From: Thermoplasmata archaeon
Lineage (GTDB): Archaea; Thermoplasmatota; Thermoplasmata; Lutacidiplasmatales; UBA184
Length of the DNA stretch: 64,000 nucleotides
NCBI GenBank assembly: GCA_022750375.1
Contig: JAKIVU010000002.1
Span: 38,946 to 102,945, forward strand
Direction of reading: 5' to 3'
The translations under genes and the position numbers were made by a program. Under the pieces are notes generated by a model. The model searched no databases, was not told the origin of the DNA, and saw only the letters and a program-made list of their open reading frames with translations. Below, one piece after another: positions 38,481-47,017 of this stretch (positions within the stretch are counted from its first letter, which is position 1; every line of letters begins with the position of its first letter).

Positions 38481-40502
38481 ATGGGGATCCTTCGCCCGGA
38501 ACGGATGACCAAGGTCGGCATCCTCGGCCTCAAGGACGACCGAGAACGCATCCTCACCGTGCTGCACGACCTGCGACTCGCTCAGGTCGAGCCGCTCTCC
38601 CCCGAAGCCCTCGCCGAGCTGGTGCCAGAGCGCGGGACGGAAACGCAGCGGGCGATCGGCGACGAGGCGCTCCGATTCCGGGGTCTCAAGACCGCCCTCC
38701 CGGCGGTTCCCGTCGGCTCCCCTCGCCAGTTCGACACCCTCGCGGACATCCTCGCCGCCACGAAGACCGTCCCGATCGACGCCGAGGTCGGCGACCTGAC
38801 GCGGGAGAACGACCGCCTCCTCACGGAACAACAGGCGACCGACGAAGCGGTCGCGCTCCTCCAGAAGATCTCGTTCTATTCGGACCGCCTCGAGTACCTC
38901 CGCGCGCAGAGCTTCGTCAGCTTTTTCGGCGAGGGCGACGTCGAAGCGGGCGCGGCCCTGCGAGCCGCGCTCCCTCCGACGGCCGATGCCCAGTTCCTGG
39001 ACGACCCGGCCGCGTCCGGCCGCTTCCTCGTCAGCCTTCGCCGAAGCTCCGCGGACCTGCTCGCCCGGGCCGCGCAAGCGAGCAACGTGCATCTCACCGC
39101 GCTCCCGTCGGTCGCCGGCACTCCGACGGACGAGCTCGTCGTGCTCCGTCAACGGCGCGAGGTGATCGCCCTCCGCCGCGTCGCGATCGCCGAGCGCCTC
39201 GGGGCGCTCTCTCGGGACTGGTATCCTGTGATCGCCGCGATCGACGAGGCCCTGCAGGTCGAGAACCGGAAGGTCGAGGTGCTCTCCAAGTTGGGCGCGG
39301 GTCGCTCCACCTTCGCGCTCGAAGCGTGGGTCCCCAGCCGCGACCTCGGGCGTCTCGCCTCCGTCGTCCAGTCCGTCAGCGGAGGACGGGCCTACCTGTA
39401 CTCGGTCCCGACGACCGAGGAGCCGCCCACGCTGATGAGCAACCCGGCGGGCGTCCGTCGGTTCGAGTTCTTCATCCGGTTCTACTCGCTGCCCCAGGCG
39501 ACCGAGTGGGACCCGACCCTCGTCTTTGCGATCGTATTCCCGATCTTCTTCGGTCTGATGCTCGGAGACTGGGGCTACGGCATCACGATCCTTCTGATCT
39601 GTCTCTGGATGATCAACGGCTTCCCGGGCGCCCGCTATCTGCCCAAGTTCGGGCGGACCTTCGTGAAACGGATCATGGGTCCCCAGGGAATGCGTCAGCT
39701 CGCCTACGCCCTCCTTCCGGGCTGCGCCCTCGCGATCGCACTGGGGCTCTACTGGGATGCGTTCTTCGGCTACCCGCTGCTCGCACGCCTCTTCGGGTAC
39801 GTCGCGCCGATCAACCCGTTGCGTTCATCCGACGTCGCGCTGTTGCTGATCGTCGCGGGGTTCGTCGGTCTCGGGATGGTGACGCTCGGATTCGTCTTCG
39901 GCCTGCTCAAGGAGTACTTCCACCACCATTACCGGGGCGTCATCGGAAAGGCGGGCGGGATCATGTTCGCCTGGGGGGTCGCCTTCGTGGGCCTCTGCGT
40001 GATCGGCCTCAAGACCGGTGGGGTCCTCACGACGTCCGACTCCACGTCGAACCCGTTCTTTCTCGTGTACCTCACCGTGCTCGTCGTGGGACTACTGCTC
40101 ATGATCGGCGGCGAGGGGGTCCAGAACGGGATGATGGCCCTCATCGAGGTCGTGAGCCACATCCTATCCTACACACGGCTGATCGGGATCCTTCTCGCGA
40201 GCGTCGTCCTCGCGCTGATCATCAACTCGATCGGCGGCGGCCTCGTCCTGGGAGGGACGGTCGTGGGCGTGATCCTCGGGCTCGTCATCATCCTCATCGG
40301 CCAATCGTTCAACGTCATCCTCGGGGTCTTCGAGCCCGGCATCCAAGGAGCGCGGCTGATCTTCGTCGAGTACTTCTCGAAGTTCTACACGGGGAACGGC
40401 AAACCGTTCCGACCGTTCGGCGCCCCGCGAACGCATACGGTCTCGAGCATCACGCCGGACGGACTCGTCGCCGGGCCGATTCTGCAGTCGCCGCCCACGT
40501 AA
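38481..40502 (+). CDS. atpI: A/V-type ATP synthase subunit I (a)
   Basis: LRPERM.K, PPTLMSNP, DPT...FPIFFGLMLGDWGYG, SHILSYTRL, RLIFVEYFSKFY.G.G..F.PFG. Confidence 0.95.
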   Translation: MGILRPERMTKVGILGLKDDRERILTVLHDLRLAQVEPLSPEALAELVPERGTETQRAIGDEALRFRGLKTALPAVPVGSPRQFDTLADILAATKTVPIDAEVGDLTRENDRLLTEQQATDEAVALLQKISFYSDRLEYLRAQSFVSFFGEGDVEAGAALRAALPPTADAQFLDDPAASGRFLVSLRRSSADLLARAAQASNVHLTALPSVAGTPTDELVVLRQRREVIALRRVAIAERLGALSRDWYPVIAAIDEALQVENRKVEVLSKLGAGRSTFALEAWVPSRDLGRLASVVQSVSGGRAYLYSVPTTEEPPTLMSNPAGVRRFEFFIRFYSLPQATEWDPTLVFAIVFPIFFGLMLGDWGYGITILLICLWMINGFPGARYLPKFGRTFVKRIMGPQGMRQLAYALLPGCALAIALGLYWDAFFGYPLLARLFGYVAPINPLRSSDVALLLIVAGFVGLGMVTLGFVFGLLKEYFHHHYRGVIGKAGGIMFAWGVAFVGLCVIGLKTGGVLTTSDSTSNPFFLVYLTVLVVGLLLMIGGEGVQNGMMALIEVVSHILSYTRLIGILLASVVLALIINSIGGGLVLGGTVVGVILGLVIILIGQSFNVILGVFEPGIQGARLIFVEYFSKFYTGNGKPFRPFGAPRTHTVSSITPDGLVAGPILQSPPT

Positions 40503-40516
40503 CGCGGGGGCGTCCT

Positions 40517-41593
40517 TCAGACGCGCGGAGAGACGAGGAGCGGCGTGAGCCGGTCCGCGGAGATCCCGTAGAGCTTCGCGAAGGCGATCCGACGGACGTC
40601 CTCCCGCTCGAGTTCGGCGAGCAGCAGGTAGGTGAAGACCACCGAGAGCGAGAGCGGGTAGGTGCGGAGTCGTCGCAGTTCGGTGACCGCCCGGTCCCGC
40701 GAGAGCGCCGACTCATAGGCGGTCAGGCTCTGCGCGCTCTGGAACTCGGCGGTCCCTTCGGCGATGCTCGGGAACCGCGCGGCGAGCCGCTCCGCGAGCT
40801 CGGGGACACCCCGGACCCCGTAGAGGTCGGGGACCTGAGCGGCGAGGACGGTGCCGCCGTCGAACCACCGGGAGAGTACCTCGTCCATCGGGAGGTCGGC
40901 CGCCTTTCCCTTCAGCAGGAGGAGCGCGTTGCGCACGTCGATCTCGCTCGCCAGGAACTGCCGCACGACCCACTCGTCGCCCTGGAAGAAGCGGCTCGCC
41001 TCGAGCACCCGTCGGTAGTACTCGCGGTCGAGCGCATGGAGGATGGGGAAAATGTCGTGGGTCCGCTGGAACGCCTCGATGAGCGGGAGGACGATCCCAC
41101 CGTAGCCGTACCGCACGAGGGCGGTCGCGGTCGCCTCGAGGGTCGGCTGGGCGAGCAGCTGGCGGAAATCGTCGAGCGTGAGGACCCCGGCGTAGAGTCC
41201 GGCGGGGATCTCGCGACTCGAGACCAGATGGTCCTCGGTCTCCGTGACCGACCTCCCTTGCGCCTTCGCGGCGAGGATCAGCTCGACGTTCTGAAGGTCC
41301 CAGCGGGTGAGATACGCGCCGACCACGCCGCGGCCCGCGAACGGGGTCGCCTCGTAGGCGTGGCGGTTGCGGCGGACGAACGTCCGGTTGATCGCGATCT
41401 CGACGAGCGCGACCCCCTGGTAGGCGGCGCGGGCGGCCTGTACGTCCGGCCCGTAAGGGGTCCCGTCGAGGATCTTGGCGACCTCGTTCGGGTCCTTGGC
41501 CCCGGTGAGTTGAACGTACGTCTCCTTCGAGAGGAAGGAGGTGAACTCGGGTTTCAGGCGCCCCAGGGCGCTCGCGTACGCGGAGGCGGCCAT
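40517..41593 (-). CDS. atpC: A/V-type ATP synthase subunit C (d)
   Basis: Y....GRLK, TPYG, WDLQNV..IL, LDREYY, EIDVRN, ELEREDVRRIA..K.YG. Confidence 0.88.
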   Translation of the reverse strand: MAASAYASALGRLKPEFTSFLSKETYVQLTGAKDPNEVAKILDGTPYGPDVQAARAAYQGVALVEIAINRTFVRRNRHAYEATPFAGRGVVGAYLTRWDLQNVELILAAKAQGRSVTETEDHLVSSREIPAGLYAGVLTLDDFRQLLAQPTLEATATALVRYGYGGIVLPLIEAFQRTHDIFPILHALDREYYRRVLEASRFFQGDEWVVRQFLASEIDVRNALLLLKGKAADLPMDEVLSRWFDGGTVLAAQVPDLYGVRGVPELAERLAARFPSIAEGTAEFQSAQSLTAYESALSRDRAVTELRRLRTYPLSLSVVFTYLLLAELEREDVRRIAFAKLYGISADRLTPLLVSPRV

Positions 41594-41604
41594 GCAGACC
41601 GTCC

Positions 41605-42156
41605 TCAGGCGAGGAGCTCGCGGACCTCGTCCTCGCGCAGGCGCAACAGCTCGTCGAACGAGAGGTTGAGGCGGCGGCTCTTGTCGGTCGTCTCGGCGAT
41701 CAGCCCGCCGAGGATCGACTGGGGGGTCGGGTCGAACGACTTCCCCGCGACCTTGGCGAGGGCGGCGGCATCCTCGCTGCGTCCCGAGATCCGGAGCTGT
41801 CGCCCGAGCGAGGCGTTCGCGACATCGGCCATGCGCTTCAGCACCGCGGGGTACCCGGCGGTGGCGGTGTAGTTCGTGAGCAGCGCCCGCGTTTCGCGGA
41901 GACCGCTCTCGAGGCGTTGCTCGCGCGCCTCGTAGAGCATCTTGCGCGCCTTCAACTTCGCCGCAGCGACCCGTTGGGCCCGCTCGCGGGCGACCTCCAT
42001 CTCGGTCGCGCGTTGGGAGGTCGTGCGGATCTCGGCGATGCGACGGTCGCGGTCCGTGACGATCCGGACGCCCTCCGCCTTCTGCTGATCGATCGTCGCC
42101 TGGAGCTCCGCCTCGGCGTGCTGGCGGATCTCCTCGACGAGGCTCTCGAGGCTCAT
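41605..42156 (-). CDS. atpE: A/V-type ATP synthase subunit E
   Basis: MSLESLVEEI coiled coil; ILGGLIAE..D....NLSFD.LL. Confidence 0.88.
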   Translation of the reverse strand: MSLESLVEEIRQHAEAELQATIDQQKAEGVRIVTDRDRRIAEIRTTSQRATEMEVARERAQRVAAAKLKARKMLYEAREQRLESGLRETRALLTNYTATAGYPAVLKRMADVANASLGRQLRISGRSEDAAALAKVAGKSFDPTPQSILGGLIAETTDKSRRLNLSFDELLRLREDEVRELLA

Positions 42157-42173
42157 GGGAGCGGTTCGCCCAT

Positions 42174-42413
42174 TCAGGCGTGCAGGATCCCGAGCAGGAG
42201 GATGATCCCGAGCACGAATCCGATGATCCAGAGCGTTTCGGGAATCACGAAGAAGAACAGCACCTGACCGAACTTCTCGGGCTTCTCGGCGATGATGCCC
42301 ATCCCCGCGGCGCCGATACCGGACTGCGCCATGCCCGTGCCGATGAGACCCCCGGCGATGGCGATACCGGCGGCGAGCGCGGCCCAATCGGCGTAATCCG
42401 TGGGTAGTTGCAT
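42174..42413 (-). CDS. atpK: A/V-type ATP synthase proteolipid subunit K (c), single hairpin
   Basis: GTGMAQSGIGAAG.G..AEKPE.FG....F.IPETL with the ion-carrying Glu. Confidence 0.93.
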   Translation of the reverse strand: MQLPTDYADWAALAAGIAIAGGLIGTGMAQSGIGAAGMGIIAEKPEKFGQVLFFFVIPETLWIIGFVLGIILLLGILHA

Positions 42414-42533
42414 AGGTGGTCCCGGGCGGCCGAGAAAAGTAGGGTATATAGCCCCCACCCCACGGCGACCGGACGAGGCGAAAGCCCGGGGTGTTCCGGG
42501 CGGTTCCGGAAGCCGCCCGCATGGGCGGCGGGG

Positions 42534-43004
42534 CTAGTCGTCCTCGTCCGTTTCGTCGTCGTCCGACGCGTCCTGCGGCGCTCGACGCACGAGTTCGATC
42601 GACCCGACCCAAGCGACCCCTCCGAGGAGATACGCCGAGGCGCATACGAGACAGAGCGCGTGGATCTCGGCGAGCTCCACGTAGAGCAGCCAGAAGGACA
42701 ACACTACCCCCACGGTCGTGACCGCGAGCAGCGCATAGGCGGTCCGGCGGTCGTCGGGGCGCTGCTCGGCCAGTGCGGCGACGACGAGGATCGCGACGAA
42801 CCCGAGGACGCCCCAGAGATAATCCGGGACGTCGAGGGTGCTCGTGAGCCCGCTCGAATCGACCGCCTGGCAGGAGAGGAACGTGTTCACGGAGCAGATG
42901 CTGCGCAGCGCGGCGTCGAAGAACTCGGCGGCGGCGAAGATCGCGACGATGAGACCGACCCCGGCAGCGAAGTAGACCGCCGAGCGGACGTCCCGGGTGC
43001 GCAT
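42534..43004 (-). CDS. Vitamin K epoxide reductase (VKOR) family membrane protein
   Basis: CSVNTFLSCQAV.SS loop cysteines and a CLVC active site in a 4-TM protein. Confidence 0.88.
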   Translation of the reverse strand: MRTRDVRSAVYFAAGVGLIVAIFAAAEFFDAALRSICSVNTFLSCQAVDSSGLTSTLDVPDYLWGVLGFVAILVVAALAEQRPDDRRTAYALLAVTTVGVVLSFWLLYVELAEIHALCLVCASAYLLGGVAWVGSIELVRRAPQDASDDDETDEDD

Positions 43005-43008
43005 CCGA

Positions 43009-44196
43009 CTACCCGATCTGGTTCAAGTCGCCGGTCACCGCGGTCTGGGTCGCCGTCGTCCAGTGGTACTCGCTCGCCAGAGTTGTGACGGGAACTCCGG
43101 ACCCCTTGGCCATGAACGCCATCAGCCACCAGGCGGGGGTCTGGATCGCGCTCCAGGGGGCGCCCGATTCCGTCGCGACCGAGCTCTGGACCGCGCTCGC
43201 CCCTCCGTTCTGACCGTCTGCCCACGTGGAGAGGGAGGTCGGGGCGACGAGCGACGCACCGAAGTGGACGTAGATGCCTCCGACCACCAGGAAGGGGATC
43301 GCCCCACCGCCGTAGGCGCTCACGTACGCCTGCTGGTAGCAGTTGGACGTTCCCGGGAAGTTCCCCTGGGACCCGGACGTATCCTCGCTGACCTGGAAAG
43401 CGATCGTCGAGGACGTGACCTGCGCATTCGCGAGGACGATCTCCGGGGTATACGGCCCGGCAGGATCGTCGGAAGAATACGATGTCGGCACGTTCCCGAC
43501 CGAATTCGAGAAGTCGGAGAGGGCTTTCCAGATCGCCCAGCTACTGGCGGAGCAGTACGGGCACCACGTCGCCCCGTAGAAGTAGACGATCGGCTTACCA
43601 TCCTCCTGCCACGCGTTGGCGCTGGCCTTGTACCACCCTCCGGGTTCGCCCGCCAGGGTGCTCTGCGGGGGGAGGTACGGGCATCCGAAGGCGAGGTAGC
43701 CGACCACTCCCGCCGAACCGGCGACGAGGAGTCCCAGCACCACCCCGGTGAGGACGGTGGTCCGGAACGTCGGGGACCAACGCTTACCGGAGCTTCGCAG
43801 CAGACCGAACAGAAGGATGAACGCGGCGACCGCGAGCGCGATCGCGAGCCACGGGATCGCGCTCAGCAGGATCCCCACCGGAGAGGGGGCAAGGTAGGCG
43901 AGGAGGAACCAGACCCCGAACGTCGGGGTCAGTAGATATCCGAGGCGCGGCAGGTTCCATGTGCTCTCGGTCAACACGGCGCTCTTCTTCGAGGGCCGCG
44001 CATCGGTCGACTCCTTACCGGTACGCCCCTCGCGGGATCTCTGCCGGTGATACAACCCCCGGAGCGCGCGGCCGGCGTCGTGCACGGACGCGTCCGGGTG
44101 GAAACCGACCTTCGGGTCCTCGGCGATCCGGTTCCAGTCCCAGTCTTTCGACCGGAGCTCCTCGACCCGGTCCCAGTCGACCATCGTCTTTCCCAC
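43009..44196 (-). CDS. DUF929-like membrane-anchored thioredoxin-fold protein
   Basis: GKPIVYFYGATWCPYCSASSWAIWKALS.F and IPFL; three N-terminal TM segments. Confidence 0.78.
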   Translation of the reverse strand: MGKTMVDWDRVEELRSKDWDWNRIAEDPKVGFHPDASVHDAGRALRGLYHRQRSREGRTGKESTDARPSKKSAVLTESTWNLPRLGYLLTPTFGVWFLLAYLAPSPVGILLSAIPWLAIALAVAAFILLFGLLRSSGKRWSPTFRTTVLTGVVLGLLVAGSAGVVGYLAFGCPYLPPQSTLAGEPGGWYKASANAWQEDGKPIVYFYGATWCPYCSASSWAIWKALSDFSNSVGNVPTSYSSDDPAGPYTPEIVLANAQVTSSTIAFQVSEDTSGSQGNFPGTSNCYQQAYVSAYGGGAIPFLVVGGIYVHFGASLVAPTSLSTWADGQNGGASAVQSSVATESGAPWSAIQTPAWWLMAFMAKGSGVPVTTLASEYHWTTATQTAVTGDLNQIG

Positions 44197-44294
44197 CCTC
44201 CTGCCCCTATTGGTCTTTCCCCTCTGACGCGGGGCCCCGCAGGGACGACCGCCTCCCCCGTCTCGCTTTTACCCGGGACAAGGTGGCGTCCGGG

Positions 44295-45197
44295 ATGCGC
44301 GTCACCTTCCTCGGGACCGCCGGGTCGTGGCCGACGAAGGACCGCTCCGCGAGCGCGATCGCCGTCGACCTCGAACGGGAGCTGATCCTCCTCGACTGCG
44401 GGGAGGGGACCCAACGACAGTTCTTCCAGTCGTCCGCCTCGTTCATGCGGGTGCGGCGGATCTTCCTCTCCCATTTCCACGGTGACCATTTCCTGGGTCT
44501 CCCCGGCCTCATCCAGAGCATGTGCCTCAACAACCGGACGGATCCGCTCGACGTCTACGGCCCGCCCGACGCGAAGGAGATGGTCGCTCGCGCCCTCTCC
44601 ATGGGGTACTTCACGCTCCGGTTCCCGGTCGACGTGCACGCGCTCTCCCCGGGGGAATCCGTCGAGCTCGACGGATTCACGGTACGCACGGCGCACGCCG
44701 AGCATCCCGTGCCTTCGCTCGCCTACCGGATCGACGAGGCCCCGAAGCGGGGCCGATTCGATGCCGTGCGGGCCCGTTCGCTCGGGATCCACGGCCCCGA
44801 CTTCCGCCGCCTCGAGGCCGGCGAGACCGTGCATGTCGGCGCACAGGTCGTCCACCCCGCCGACGTGATGGGCGAGCCGAGACCGGGCCGGTCGATCGTC
44901 TATTCCGGGGACACTGGCCCGTCGGACGACGTGCGCCGACTCGCGCATCGTGCGACCGTGCTGATCCACGAGGCGACGGTCGGTCAGGAGATCGAGGCGG
45001 AGGCCAACGTGTGGGGACACTCGTCGGCACGACAGGCCGCGGAACTCGCGCGAAGCGCCGAGGCCCGCGCCCTCTTCCTCACCCACTTCTCCTCCCGCTA
45101 CAAGGAGCTCGAGCCCCTCGAGAACGAGGCGCGGGTCGTCTTCCCGGGGTCGCGCGTCGCTCGCGACCTCCTCGACGAACTGGTCCACCAGCCATGA
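44295..45197 (+). CDS. rnz: Ribonuclease Z
   Basis: FLGTAGSWPT..R, DCGEGTQRQ, SHFHGDH, exosite GP motif, YSGDT, HEAT, GHSS, THFSSRY. Confidence 0.93.
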   Translation: MRVTFLGTAGSWPTKDRSASAIAVDLERELILLDCGEGTQRQFFQSSASFMRVRRIFLSHFHGDHFLGLPGLIQSMCLNNRTDPLDVYGPPDAKEMVARALSMGYFTLRFPVDVHALSPGESVELDGFTVRTAHAEHPVPSLAYRIDEAPKRGRFDAVRARSLGIHGPDFRRLEAGETVHVGAQVVHPADVMGEPRPGRSIVYSGDTGPSDDVRRLAHRATVLIHEATVGQEIEAEANVWGHSSARQAAELARSAEARALFLTHFSSRYKELEPLENEARVVFPGSRVARDLLDELVHQP

Positions 45198-46447
45198 TCC
45201 CGGCGGACCTTCTCCTCACGGACGTCGGTGAGGTCGCGACGCTCGCGCGCGGGGCGGTGCCCCGGACCGGTGCCGCGATGCGCGAACTGAGCCTCGTCCA
45301 TGACGCGTCGATCGCGGTCGCCGATGGGCGTATCGTGTGGGTGGGTCCGGCCGGCCGTCGCGCCCGTTCCGTGCGCCTCGCCCCGGGAGGCTCGGTCGTC
45401 TCCGCCGACGGAGGCGTCGTCGTCCCGGGGTTCGTGGATGCCCACACGCACGTGCTGTTCGCCGGCGACCGGGCGTTCGAACTCCCCCTCAAGGTGGGGG
45501 GCGCGAGCTACGCCGAGATCGCCCGCCGCGGCGGGGGCCTCTACTCCACGGTCCGGGCGACCCGGGCCGCGTCGGACGCGGTGCTGATGCGGGAGAGTGG
45601 GGAACGACTCCGTCGGATGGTCGCCTACGGTTCGACTTCGATCGAGGTGAAGTCGGGGTACGCGCTCGACGTTCCGGGAGAGTTGCGCCTGCTCCGAATG
45701 ATCCCCCGGCTCGCCGAGCAACTGGGGGTCACGCTCGTGCCGACCTTCCTCGGCGCTCACGCCGTTCCGGAGACGTATCGGGGGCGCACGGACGACTACG
45801 TCGAACTGCTGGTTCGGCAGGCGCTCCCCGCCGTCGCCCGAGAAGGACTCGCTCGGTTCTGTGATGTGTTCTGCGAACCCGGATTTTTCACCGTGCGACA
45901 ATCGGAACGACTGCTTCGGGCGGCGCTGGGCCTCGGCCTCGCGGTGAAGGTGCACGCCGAGGAGTTCGTGCTCTCGGGCGGTGCCCGGCTCGCGGCGCGG
46001 CTGCGTGCGACGTCCGCCGAACACCTCCTGCGCGCGACCGCCGAGGACCGGCGTCGGCTCGCCGCGGCCGGCGTGACGGCGGTGCTGCTCCCCCTCACGG
46101 CATTCACCGCGTCGCCCGCCCGCCGAAGCCCCGGGCGCGAGATGGTCGATGCGGGAGTGCCGGTCGCTCTCGGCACGGACTGCTCCCCGAACTCCTGGGT
46201 CGAGTCGATGCCCCTCGTCCTCGCCCACGCGGTCCACGGCGGCGGGCTCACGCCGGCCGAGGCGCTGACCGCGGCGACCGTCAATGCGGCCCACGCGGTC
46301 GGTCTCGAGGGCGGCGGACGGCTGGTCGCCGGCGCCCCCGCCGATTTCGCCGTGTTCTCGACCGATTCCGTCGACCAGCTCGGCTACCGGTTCGACGCGA
46401 TTCCGAGCGCGGTTTATCGTCAGGGAAAACGCGTTTCTCCCTCGTAA
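45194..46447 (+). CDS. hutI: Imidazolonepropionase
   Basis: PGFVDAHTH.LFAG.R..E, GGG.YSTV.ATR, E.KSGY.L, TFLGAH, DVFCE, KVHAEE, SAEHL. Confidence 0.9.
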   Translation: MIPADLLLTDVGEVATLARGAVPRTGAAMRELSLVHDASIAVADGRIVWVGPAGRRARSVRLAPGGSVVSADGGVVVPGFVDAHTHVLFAGDRAFELPLKVGGASYAEIARRGGGLYSTVRATRAASDAVLMRESGERLRRMVAYGSTSIEVKSGYALDVPGELRLLRMIPRLAEQLGVTLVPTFLGAHAVPETYRGRTDDYVELLVRQALPAVAREGLARFCDVFCEPGFFTVRQSERLLRAALGLGLAVKVHAEEFVLSGGARLAARLRATSAEHLLRATAEDRRRLAAAGVTAVLLPLTAFTASPARRSPGREMVDAGVPVALGTDCSPNSWVESMPLVLAHAVHGGGLTPAEALTAATVNAAHAVGLEGGGRLVAGAPADFAVFSTDSVDQLGYRFDAIPSAVYRQGKRVSPS

Positions 46448-46503
46448 CTCCGTCAGTACATCTAAATAGGACCCCTTTCTCTCTCGGCGATAGAGGTCGC
46501 CAA

Positions 46504-46719
46504 ATGTCCGAAAAAGTGGGCAAAGAGCAGATCAAGCGCGAGAAGGGCTACCTGTATTACCTGGGCAAGGACGGGTACCTCTGGAAGACGCCGACCAAGC
46601 TGAACAAGTCCGGCAAGAAGGCGCGTGTCGGGACCGAGAAAGTCGTGCGGGCGGATGGCTACATGTACTTCCTCGACAAGAAGGGATTCATCTCCCGCGC
46701 CAAGATGAAGAACGCCTGA
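46504..46719 (+). CDS. Small basic DNA-binding protein, CC1 chromatin-protein-like
   Basis: Two repeats, KREKGYLYYLGKDG and RADGYMYFLDKKG.ISRAKM; very Lys-rich. Confidence 0.7.
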   Translation: MSEKVGKEQIKREKGYLYYLGKDGYLWKTPTKLNKSGKKARVGTEKVVRADGYMYFLDKKGFISRAKMKNA

Positions 46720-46736
46720 TCCGACACACCCTTTCC

Positions 46737-46777
46737 GGGGGCCTCCCTTCGGGGAGGTTCCCCTCGACATTTTTTTT
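46737..46777 (+). terminator. Hairpin plus T-tract terminator
   Basis: GGGGGCCTCCC-TTCG-GGGAGGTTCCCC followed by T8 at 46770-46777. Confidence 0.75.
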
Positions 46778-46843
46778 CTGCGACGGGCACTCGGACGCAG
46801 TTCGCAAATAGGAGGACGCCGTCGACCGCGCGGGAGAGTCTCC

Positions 46844-47017
46844 GTGAGCTGTCGTAACGACCCCGACGATCCGCGAAAGTGCGAGCGCTGCGGGGCGTTC
46901 CTGTGGGTCGCGGAGGAAGGACTCTACTGTGGGGACTGCGGCAGCGTGATGCCGTGCACGATGCGCGTGCTTCCGTTGCCGCCCGAACCGGTCCCGCGTT
47001 CGACGCGGCCGGTCTAA
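46844..47017 (+). CDS. 57-aa zinc-ribbon microprotein
   Basis: My translation: MSCRNDPDDPRKCERCGAFLWVAEEGLYCGDCGSVMPCTMRVLPLPPEPVPRSTRPV; GGGAG upstream of the GTG. Confidence 0.6.
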   Translation: MSCRNDPDDPRKCERCGAFLWVAEEGLYCGDCGSVMPCTMRVLPLPPEPVPRSTRPV

